From a virus, in the IMG/VR virus record IMGVR_UViG_3300009285_000027: a stretch of 41,634 bases of DNA. One strand, written 5' to 3'. The notes under the pieces are model-generated. The model made no database searches and was not told where the DNA came from. It was given only the letters and a program-made list of their open reading frames with translations. How positions within the stretch are numbered: position 1 is the first letter of the stretch; every line of letters starts with the position of its first letter. Positions 33,196-39,948 of this stretch are shown here, in pieces. The position numbers and the translations under genes are program-made.

Positions 33196-33400
33196 GGCTC
33201 TTCTTGTAGCGGGAATTACGAATGTCATCCATGTCCATTGCATGGATTTCGCCACCACCTTGTTGAGTGGCTTCACGAACTCGCTCGATAGTATGATTGA
33301 GGTTGATGACGGCTGCGCCAAGATAGTTTTGCGCTCTCTCGTCTCCAATTTTCACAACACGCAATTTTTCTACAATACTCATCAATTCATCAAGATACAT
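33191..33400 (-). CDS. Hypothetical small helical protein
   Basis: ORF 33191..33457. The ATG at 33400 follows GAGGAGG. Confidence 0.6.
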   Translation of the reverse strand: MYLDELMSIVEKLRVVKIGDERAQNYLGAAVINLNHTIERVREATQQGGGEIHAMDMDDIRNSRYKKSR

Positions 33401-33420
33401 TTTGCCTCCTCGGGCGAATC

Positions 33421-33615
33421 GCCCAACGGTTTGCGTTACTGGCGGGGCTTTCTGCAATAAAAACAGTGGTCAAGATGCTTACTATTGACCTCTTTACAAT
33501 GTTTGCATCTCCAATACAACGGAAAGAATAATAGTCTGAGCAGCCAATCAATCATTAGATTCATCGTTTTCTGCTGATGCAGCTTGCCTGCCGTCTGGTG
33601 CACGCGGTGTTAGGC
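33421..33615 (-). mobile_element. attC-like site B (195 bp, unusually long centre)
   Basis: The minus strand reads GCCTAAC-ACCGC-GTGCACCAGACGG ... CCCCGCCAGTAAC-GCAAACC-GTTGGGC. The AT-rich centre includes the hairpin GGTCAA/TTGACC followed by TGTTTTTATT. Confidence 0.6.
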
Positions 33616-34219
33616 AGCCCCACTGCTGCGCCATTGCACCTGCTATGGAATCAAACGATATGGAGCGATTTTTTTCGCCATGATTAGCTTCTGTAAAATA
33701 ACGCTTCTTGGCTCTTGGTGTATTATCAATATAGGTTGGCTCTGGATAATCTGTCATCGTTTTCTTTCCAAATAAATCATCTTCTTTCCACCACCATAAT
33801 TTAGGTAAGTTCTTTAGCCAAAGGCATGTACGCTTTAATTGACGCTCACCAAAATAATAGGGGTGAATTATCTGATCTGGTTTCCTGTAAACTTTACCTG
33901 GATACCCTACGGGATTTTCAATGCACGCCATTGGTATGTTGCAATTCACAAATAGCATAAAAAACTTCATGGCTTCTTCTCGTAGCTCAACTCTACCTGG
34001 TTTGTTCCAAACGTGGTTAGCTGCGTAACTTAGATAAGTGCAAGGCGGGTGAGCAATGAGCAAATCCCAATTTTCAAAAAGGATGTCTCGCACATCACCC
34101 TGATAGTGATTGCCAGGTGTTTCACTCTCGCGGAAGTCGCATGACCAAGCATCATGTCCCCGAGCCGCGAAAGCGCTCCTGATCGTTCCCGTGAATTCAC
34201 ACGCTACTAAGATACGCAT
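33548..34219 (-). CDS. DNA cytosine-C5 methyltransferase-like protein (phage ACEF...PPCT type)
   Basis: MRILVACEFTGTIRSAF (motif I-like) and IAHPPCTYLS (PC motif). Confidence 0.7.
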   Translation of the reverse strand: MRILVACEFTGTIRSAFAARGHDAWSCDFRESETPGNHYQGDVRDILFENWDLLIAHPPCTYLSYAANHVWNKPGRVELREEAMKFFMLFVNCNIPMACIENPVGYPGKVYRKPDQIIHPYYFGERQLKRTCLWLKNLPKLWWWKEDDLFGKKTMTDYPEPTYIDNTPRAKKRYFTEANHGEKNRSISFDSIAGAMAQQWGCLTPRAPDGRQAASAENDESND

Positions 34220-34226
34220 AGAGGTT

Positions 34227-34353
34227 GCCTAACGGCTTGCGTTACCCGCAAGTGGCGGGCGTAGCATCTTCCCAAAGAATAGAATCACCTTCAGGGTGGA
34301 TAAGATAATTTTGGCGGGCGAATCCCACTTGTCGGGTGGACGCTGTGTTAGAT
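34227..34353 (-). mobile_element. attC-like site A (127 bp)
   Basis: The minus strand reads ATCTAAC-ACAGC-GTCCACCCGAC ... CGCCCGCCACTTGCGGGTAAC-GCAAGCC-GTTAGGC. The TAA of CDS 34242..34985 lies in the TAAC box. The next ATG (34219) is 8 nt after the core. Confidence 0.75.
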
Positions 34354-34985
34354 GCGGTAATGCCTTCAAGCGCGTCAAGGATTTCGCACCACAGATCGAG
34401 CGGGACTACTGCGCGTTCAGCCGCGCCAGATAAACCCTGTACCCCTGTTTGAGACCCACGCGGGGCGGACTCGTGACACTTGCGCCCATTCTTGCAAATC
34501 GGACGAGGCGACCAGCCAGGGACAAATCCCCAAAGATCGGTCGGCTTCATGTTCTTATCACCATACTGGCAATAAGTGATCGTTGTTCGTGGTAGAGTTT
34601 TCATAAATGGCAACTTACGTAATACTCCGCGTGGATTTTCGATAATGAAGGCTTTAGGTTTCATGTCTCGGATAATTTGCAAGGTATGCTTGACCAACCT
34701 TTGAGACAATTCAGCGTGTGGCGTTTTTGGAATATACGCTCTCGCACCACCACCCCAATGATGCCCCATTGCCGCAACACTAAACGCTTCACATGGCGGG
34801 GATGCCCACACAAAATCGAAATATCCGAACTTCTCTGCTGTCATTTCAAAAATATCAGCCGTTATTGTGCAGTTAAATTCTGGCACATAATCAAGCGTGA
34901 TGTATTCATGCCCGCGTTGTTCTATAAACGCGCGTCTTTGATTGCCACCAATGCCAGCGAACAGATCAAGGATTTTCATAAGCAT
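34242..34985 (-). CDS. DNA (cytosine-5)-methyltransferase
   Basis: Motif I DLFAGIGG, motif IV SPPCEAFS, ENPRG, and a C-terminal AVVPLDLW motif X-like segment. The start is ATG 34985 or 34979. The last ~40 codons are read from attC-like site A. Confidence 0.85.
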   Translation of the reverse strand: MLMKILDLFAGIGGNQRRAFIEQRGHEYITLDYVPEFNCTITADIFEMTAEKFGYFDFVWASPPCEAFSVAAMGHHWGGGARAYIPKTPHAELSQRLVKHTLQIIRDMKPKAFIIENPRGVLRKLPFMKTLPRTTITYCQYGDKNMKPTDLWGFVPGWSPRPICKNGRKCHESAPRGSQTGVQGLSGAAERAVVPLDLWCEILDALEGITASNTASTRQVGFARQNYLIHPEGDSILWEDATPATCG

Positions 34986-35001
34986 CTAACTACTGCGTAA
35001 G
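34984..35001 (-). mobile_element. Core-site-containing half-site I (5' boundary of the first methyltransferase cassette)
   Basis: The minus strand reads CGCTTAC-GCAGTA-GTTAGAT, and the GTTAGATG core overlaps the ATG at 34985. No RYYYAAC partner was found upstream. Confidence 0.45.
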
Positions 35002-35045
35002 CGGACGGTTTCCGCATAAGACACCGCCGGGGGACAAAAAGCCGC

Positions 35046-35486
35046 CTAGCATTCCCGCTCCGCGACCAGCGCACGGAGGTCTATCACTGACCACTTCCAT
35101 TTCTTCGGCATCGCTAGTTCCGTCAATTCCACCATGACGCTTTCACCGTAAGTTTTGAGCATGTAGTTATCATAATAATAATGCCAGTGGTTGTGCGCGC
35201 CGTTGCAGGTTGAGCATTGGCAATTACAATTTCTTAGATCGTACCGAATGCGCTGTTTGCCCGCTGGTATCCAATGACTAATCGTCAAACCTTCCGTTGC
35301 CCCGCAGGTGACACAGCAACCATCACGGGCTTTCACAAAATCGGCTGTCAGATTCCATAGTTTCTCTTCCAGTTGACGACGTTCCGATTTTGAACGGCGG
35401 CGCTTCTGCTTCTTTTGCTTCACCGGCTTGGGTTTACCGATGATGGTCATAACTTCGTGGTGTTGCGCGGCGCGGAGGGTATTCAT
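35046..35486 (-). CDS. ninG: NinG/Rap-like structure-specific (HNH-like) endonuclease
   Basis: Basic N-terminus, then CCVTCG...SHW...RIRYDLRN...CQCSTCN, matching the lambda NinG pattern C-x2-CG...H...R(F/Y)..RN...QC..CN. Confidence 0.65.
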   Translation of the reverse strand: MNTLRAAQHHEVMTIIGKPKPVKQKKQKRRRSKSERRQLEEKLWNLTADFVKARDGCCVTCGATEGLTISHWIPAGKQRIRYDLRNCNCQCSTCNGAHNHWHYYYDNYMLKTYGESVMVELTELAMPKKWKWSVIDLRALVAEREC

Positions 35487-36112
35487 TTACATCTTCCACA
35501 TTCGCAGGCGGGCGGAACCTTCGCGTCAATCGCGGCGAGAATGGCCTTCGCGTCAATCGCGGCGAGAATGGCCTTCGCTTTATTCTCCGCTTTCTCTGCC
35601 TGCCGTTCGTTGTACATGACGGGAATAACAAGGTGCTCGTATGTCTCACGGCAGCGGTAGACAGTGAAACATTGCCGCCAACCGCCGTAACGCATGTAAA
35701 GTTGGACCTGAATGAAATGCTTGTAGGAGGCCTTCATTTCCTTGCGGATACGCTCGAACTTGTCCACGGTCAACGATTTGATCTCCAGCAGGTCGTTATC
35801 CAGGGTCAACCCGTCGATGTGACCACACAGGCGGTCATCAAACGGGGCGATCACGCCGTATCCATTATCCATACAGCCGATACCTGATTTTTGCAGGAGC
35901 GACAAAACGCTCCGCTCCTGCTCATATCCTGCAAAGCAAAAACGATGCGTGGCTTCTGAGATTTCCCCTACGCCGTCAAAATATTCGTTGTACGCCGCGC
36001 GTGGGCAACCTGATATTTTGGAAATGCCGAGATACTCTCGGTGCTGATCCAGTCCGCTATTTGCGGCGATCTGCTGAGTGAGTGTATTTTGAATTTCGTT
36101 TACAGTTGTCAT
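35483..36112 (-). CDS. PD-(D/E)XK nuclease, Cas4/RecB-like with putative Fe-S cysteines
   Basis: Catalytic-type motif GHIDG...LEIKS. One N-terminal Cys (GCPRAAY) plus a C-terminal CECGRC cluster. Confidence 0.7.
   Translation of the reverse strand: MTTVNEIQNTLTQQIAANSGLDQHREYLGISKISGCPRAAYNEYFDGVGEISEATHRFCFAGYEQERSVLSLLQKSGIGCMDNGYGVIAPFDDRLCGHIDGLTLDNDLLEIKSLTVDKFERIRKEMKASYKHFIQVQLYMRYGGWRQCFTVYRCRETYEHLVIPVMYNERQAEKAENKAKAILAAIDAKAILAAIDAKVPPACECGRCK
35518..35578. repeat. Perfect 27-bp tandem duplication (2.3 copies), in frame, inside the nuclease gene
   Basis: ccttcgcgtcaatcgcggcgagaatgg occurs at 35518-35544 and 35545-35571, then ccttcgc. Encodes AILAAIDAK twice. Confidence 0.95.
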
Positions 36113-36303
36113 TCTTTCACCACAATCAGCGGAATAGCTGGAAAGTGATAGTTGCGATATGGCTTGCCAGTCTTGCCATTGATGCGGACCTCGAAGATGT
36201 CGCGTACATCTACAATCGTTACATGCTTGCCGCGTATCCGCATGAGCGAAATTATGCGTCGCTTACGCCGAATGGTTGTACCGCAGTGGGGGCATTTCAT
36301 CAC
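36109..36303 (-). CDS. Small zinc-ribbon protein
   Basis: 64 aa with CPHCG at the N-terminus and ATGA overlaps. Confidence 0.55.
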   Translation of the reverse strand: MMKCPHCGTTIRRKRRIISLMRIRGKHVTIVDVRDIFEVRINGKTGKPYRNYHFPAIPLIVVKE

Positions 36304-36539
36304 TTATCCCTCAATACAAGTTTGACAGTAAATTTGCCCTTCACAAAATCTGCGAACTCCACACGATATGACATCCCATTTAACTCCACGTTCAGTCCCG
36401 CCTTCGGGAGTTTTGAAATTGTATGAGATGTAGCCCCTTTCTCTTCGGCTGATTTGATTTTTGCGGTCAAATCGGCAATGTTTGAAAGGTCAATTTCGCT
36501 CAATTGCTTGATGTTACCTAATTCATCTCTGCTTTGCAT
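36300..36539 (-). CDS. Hypothetical small protein
   Basis: ORF 36300..36593. The ATG at 36539 follows AAAGGAGTAAAC. Confidence 0.55.
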   Translation of the reverse strand: MQSRDELGNIKQLSEIDLSNIADLTAKIKSAEEKGATSHTISKLPKAGLNVELNGMSYRVEFADFVKGKFTVKLVLRDK

Positions 36540-36541
36540 GT

Positions 36542-36799
36542 TTACTCCTTTGGTTTCTTTATCCATTCCTCTGACTGCTCCACGTGTTCCCATTCCACAA
36601 CGGCGCGATCATAACCAAACTTGCGGACCAGTCTGGAAATGGTGGAGGCAGAGACAGGTATCCCCGTTTCCTTCGTGACGTATGCGGCGACCTTGCGAGT
36701 ACTGGTCATGCCACGCACTTTTAGATATTTCTCAATCGCCTTGCGTACCTGGGTCTGTCCTTCAAATGTTCGTGCTGTTCGTTGTACTGTTTCATTCAT
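36542..36799 (-). CDS. HTH DNA-binding regulator
   Basis: 85 aa. STRKVAAYVTKETGIPVSASTISRLV looks like a helix-turn-helix. Its own promoter sits directly upstream. Confidence 0.65.
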   Translation of the reverse strand: MNETVQRTARTFEGQTQVRKAIEKYLKVRGMTSTRKVAAYVTKETGIPVSASTISRLVRKFGYDRAVVEWEHVEQSEEWIKKPKE

Positions 36800-36805
36800 G
36801 TTCTA

Positions 36806-36834
36806 ATTATACGTCAGCTGCAAACAAATTACAA
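36806..36834 (-). promoter_or_regulatory. Sigma70-type promoter placed for a leaderless HTH-regulator mRNA
   Basis: The minus strand has TTGTAA (36834-36829), a 17-nt spacer and TATAAT (36811-36806). Exactly 6 nt (TAGAAC) separate the -10 from the ATG at 36799. No SD sequence. Confidence 0.5.
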
Positions 36835-36843
36835 CCCCCAATT

Positions 36844-37089
36844 TCAGCCCTCGGCGGGCTGCGGAATTTCTACCAATTTTCGGAGGTACGCGTTACGCCC
36901 GTTCACCTCTCCAAATGGTTCATCCATTTCGCGATCCAGAAATGGGCAGTGGCTCTCGTAGCAATGCGAAAGGCCTCCGAGTTGTTCGTCCATTATCAAG
37001 CCGAAAATAACCTTTTTGCAGTTGTCGAAACAGTAGTGATTTATTTCCGCCTTTTGCAATTCCCAAACAGTAACAAATATTTTATCCAT
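36844..37089 (-). CDS. Hypothetical protein
   Basis: ORF 36844..37134. The ATG at 37089 follows AAGGATAAC. Confidence 0.55.
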   Translation of the reverse strand: MDKIFVTVWELQKAEINHYCFDNCKKVIFGLIMDEQLGGLSHCYESHCPFLDREMDEPFGEVNGRNAYLRKLVEIPQPAEG

Positions 37090-37120
37090 CGTTATCCTTC
37101 TCTCTGCCGCACGCAGGCGG

Positions 37121-37696
37121 CTAGTCCTCTGCAATCGCCTTGAGTTCAGCGGTGAATTCGGCTACCGCCTTTTCATAACGCGCGCGCTTCTCAGGCGGCA
37201 ATTCAGTCTTCCAGTCAGCACGCGCGGGCATGAGCATTCGGATCACGGAACGCAGGCGGCGCAACCAGTGAGGGGTATCGTTTTCCTTCTCGCCCACATG
37301 CGCCCCAAGTTGCTCGCGCGTCATGCCTTCCAGCGCAGCGGTCTGTAAATATTCCCACGTTTTCCAGTTTGATAATTCCAGAGAGCTTCGCAGCCTTGCC
37401 GCCTTGACCCATAGAGCGATATTAGCCTCTTCCCATATGTTACGAGCCGGTTCGTACCCATCCCCGCCGAAGTCAAGATATAGCCCGTACGCGTTGCGAT
37501 AGTTCGTGACTGTATCGTGCGAACATTTACAGTCATCTGCGACGGCTTTGGTATCGCTTTCGTCTACGTGCCAACAACATTCCGCGAAGTGTTTCAAGTC
37601 CTTGTTTGCTTGCCTCCATGCGCGGACTGCTTCGATGTGATGGTCCACTTTCTTCAACATGATATCTCCTTTCACAGCAACGGCGGGCGCGCTCAT
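37121..37696 (-). CDS. Hypothetical protein
   Basis: 191-aa ORF. The ATG at 37696 overlaps the upstream stop (ATGA). An alternative ATG at 37660 follows AAAGGAGA. Confidence 0.6.
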   Translation of the reverse strand: MSAPAVAVKGDIMLKKVDHHIEAVRAWRQANKDLKHFAECCWHVDESDTKAVADDCKCSHDTVTNYRNAYGLYLDFGGDGYEPARNIWEEANIALWVKAARLRSSLELSNWKTWEYLQTAALEGMTREQLGAHVGEKENDTPHWLRRLRSVIRMLMPARADWKTELPPEKRARYEKAVAEFTAELKAIAED

Positions 37697-37914
37697 GCCG
37701 GGCCCGCTTTCAGCCCTTCATCACACGCATTGGCGATTGTTTCGCGCGTGATTGTTGTGGCTATGTCGTTTTGCCAGCGCGGGATTTTGTCGCCTGTTAC
37801 AAGAAACTTTATGAAATGTAGGTTCTTTTCCAGTTCTGCCACTCTCGCCCTCAGCGCGGCCAGTTCCGCGGCGGCTTTAGAATTCAGTCCGACGGGTAAG
37901 TGATTTGTGCTCAT
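37693..37914 (-). CDS. Hypothetical coiled-coil protein
   Basis: ORF 37693..37989. The ATG at 37914 follows GGGAGG and overlaps the upstream stop. Confidence 0.55.
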   Translation of the reverse strand: MSTNHLPVGLNSKAAAELAALRARVAELEKNLHFIKFLVTGDKIPRWQNDIATTITRETIANACDEGLKAGPA

Positions 37915-38120
37915 AGCCGTGCCTCCCGTATCGCCTGACAGTGCGGGCAGCGGTAGAGTACCTGCCGCGCCGTCCCGCATAACTCGCACGGCGGCGGGTT
38001 GAGTTTCGATTCCAGTGTCTCCAGTTCCAGCAATGCCTCATCTGCCTCGGCGTTGTACTGCTCCGCCTGCTGGTGGTTCGTGCCCAGTGTGCGATGGTTC
38101 GAGATTATTCTGTCTAGCAT
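37911..38120 (-). CDS. Small protein with C-terminal zinc ribbon
   Basis: ORF 37911..38261. The ATG at 38120 follows AAGAAGGA. Contains CELCG...CPHC. Confidence 0.55.
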   Translation of the reverse strand: MLDRIISNHRTLGTNHQQAEQYNAEADEALLELETLESKLNPPPCELCGTARQVLYRCPHCQAIREARL

Positions 38121-38121
38121 G

Positions 38122-38562
38122 TCATCCTTCTTTCTGTGCCCGCGCGGGGGCGGTATAATTCTGCTCGCGCGGGAAGCACGCTTCGGCGGCGGTGTCCTGC
38201 GGTGGATTGAGTTCCACGTTCTGCCTGCTGCCGCTCGCGACGGCAGTGGGTACGGCATCATTCAGTTCAACTAATTTCACCGTCCCATTCTCCAAAAAGC
38301 GGATCACCCCATCGCCGCGCTCGGCTACCTCGCGGTAGTGCTTTGCGCGCGTGCGGCAGTTCTCAGCGGTGCAAAGCCTGCCTGCCATTTCCATGTCCGC
38401 GCCGAGTTCATCCCAGGCATTCGCGTACCACTCGAAGGACGGGAACAAGGACATCTGACTAAGCGTGTAATTGCGGTCTGAAAGTTCGTCGGTCAAGTTT
38501 CTTTTCCAGCGCGCTTCCCATTCTTCATCTGTTTCGAGCCATGAAATTTCTTTGTCGATCAT
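38122..38562 (-). CDS. Hypothetical protein
   Basis: 146-aa ORF with ATGA overlap to the upstream gene. Confidence 0.6.
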   Translation of the reverse strand: MIDKEISWLETDEEWEARWKRNLTDELSDRNYTLSQMSLFPSFEWYANAWDELGADMEMAGRLCTAENCRTRAKHYREVAERGDGVIRFLENGTVKLVELNDAVPTAVASGSRQNVELNPPQDTAAEACFPREQNYTAPARAQKEG

Positions 38563-39227
38563 TTTGTCATCCCTTTCGTAAGCTGCTTGATCTGTGCGCC
38601 CGCGTCCAGTTGCGCGCGCTTTTCCCGTACATACTCCTTGACTTCTGGAAGCATGGCTGTTTTCATGCGCTCGCGTGCGATCACTTCCCGATATGCGTCT
38701 GAAAAGCGCGCCCGATCCGCGGCGGGGTTGTCAGTCAGGATGGCCTCCCGCCCGCCCAGGAGTTTCACTGTCTCAGTCACAGCGGGGTGCGCGTATGTTT
38801 CCCGGTATCCGCCCGCGTCGCAAATGGAGCATTCGTCCACGTGGAGGCTGTAATCCCGCAGCACCTTTCCATAACCCCCATTCGGGTTCATGGCATTGTC
38901 GCGCAAGCGCGCGCCGGTCTCACAAAAGCGCGCCTCCTGTATCAGATTGGCGGAGATGACCATGCCCCAGGCCTCGGCAGGGGTTGGAATTCCAAGTGCC
39001 AGCATTTGCAAGTCCATCGCGGTTTCGCGAAGTTTGCCGGGGGCGGGAAAGAATGTCTCAACGCTCAAATACTGTTCAACCGCTGCCTCCACTGTTTCGA
39101 TGGGCAGGTCCGCCAGAACGTCCGTAAACATATCCACCACCGCGCGGGCGGAGCGATCTGTGATGGGCGAATTCGGCAGATATTGGAGCCGCAAAATCTG
39201 AGTTGAAATTTCGTCACGCGTTGCCAT
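38559..39227 (-). CDS. Putative replicative-helicase loader (G39P-like N-terminus)
   Basis: ORF 38559..39311. The ATG at 39227 follows GGAAGGAA. ILRLQYLPNS...VDMFTDVLADLPIETVEAAVEQYL...FFPAPGKLRE resembles the loader-of-G40P family. Positioned after the initiator gene. Confidence 0.5.
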   Translation of the reverse strand: MATRDEISTQILRLQYLPNSPITDRSARAVVDMFTDVLADLPIETVEAAVEQYLSVETFFPAPGKLRETAMDLQMLALGIPTPAEAWGMVISANLIQEARFCETGARLRDNAMNPNGGYGKVLRDYSLHVDECSICDAGGYRETYAHPAVTETVKLLGGREAILTDNPAADRARFSDAYREVIARERMKTAMLPEVKEYVREKRAQLDAGAQIKQLTKGMTK

Positions 39228-39948
39228 TGACCACCATTCCTTCCTGCTGCATGTAGCGTTCGAGTGGAGTGAGACCGTCAACACTGAATTTTTGCGCCTT
39301 CCAATTTCCATTGACCGGAATTTGTCCCGCCTCTGCCCATTCGAGCCACGCCAAAGAATTCGGGTTATAGCCTTTGGAGCACCACGCCTTATAAAAACCT
39401 AAAAGATCATCACGGAGGGCTTCGTGTCCAAGCCGCATTGAAACTTTTTGAATACTGGAAACAACATCATCATAAAGAACAGTATTTGGGTATCTCCCAC
39501 GGACTTCTCGGAAGAGTTTGATTTCGGGGGGCGTGGGTGGTTTGGCGCTTGCGCCTATAATTTCTTTAGAGTGTTTTTTTATTCTTTCTTTAACCCCTAC
39601 TTGTGATTCATTTTCTGTTACAGTCTGATTCATTTTCTGAATCAGTGGTGATTCAAAATTTGAATCACTAACAATTGCTCTCCAAACGGTTGTGTTCTGT
39701 CCATCTGTGATCTTTTCAATAAGTCCACGCTTTACGGCCGCTTCTGCGCCTTTAGATACACTAGCGGTGTTCATCCCGATTGCCTCTGCTAGTTTACGAG
39801 TAGAGATTTTTATTTCGTCTCTATGATAGCCAAAGGTGAGACGGCAAATGTAAAGCACTACCTTTAGTTCGCATTCGTCCATGTCTTTCATTACATCAAA
39901 AAGACTGTTTGGGGTTTGGGTATAGGTTTGTTTCTCAAAACCGCTCAT
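39214..39948 (-). CDS. Replication initiator (lambda O-like, N-terminal winged-helix)
   Basis: ORF 39214..39984. The ATG at 39948 follows AGGAG. TQTPNSLFD...ECELKVVLYICRLTFGYHRDEIKISTRKLAEAIGMNTASVSKG resembles the replication protein O N-terminal pattern. Iterons lie inside the gene. Confidence 0.7.
   Translation of the reverse strand: MSGFEKQTYTQTPNSLFDVMKDMDECELKVVLYICRLTFGYHRDEIKISTRKLAEAIGMNTASVSKGAEAAVKRGLIEKITDGQNTTVWRAIVSDSNFESPLIQKMNQTVTENESQVGVKERIKKHSKEIIGASAKPPTPPEIKLFREVRGRYPNTVLYDDVVSSIQKVSMRLGHEALRDDLLGFYKAWCSKGYNPNSLAWLEWAEAGQIPVNGNWKAQKFSVDGLTPLERYMQQEGMVVNGNA
39604..39667. other. Putative origin of replication: five TGATTCA/TGAATCA iterons inside the initiator gene
   Basis: tgattca occurs at 39604, 39626 and 39649, and tgaatca at 39638 and 39661. 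A 14-bp direct repeat tgattcattttctg occurs twice. An AT-rich tract lies at 39560-39600. The iterons fall in the inter-domain linker codons, as in lambda ori. Confidence 0.5.

Noticed and set aside
29253-35001. Alternative readings of the repeated intergenic boxes: RNase III-type processing hairpins (as between T7 early genes), L5-like stoperator repressor sites, MITE/PATE terminal repeats, or small self-cleaving ribozymes.
   Set aside because: The ends match RYYYAAC/GTTRRRY and are inverse complements. The centres are unrelated in sequence and length, unlike MITE copies. Changes within the TAACG..CGTTA box do not covary as a hairpin would. No hammerhead-type core (CUGAUGA...GAAA) is present. 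Only a G|TT crossover predicts the upstream-core/R'' complementarity. RNA-level or operator roles cannot be excluded as secondary functions.
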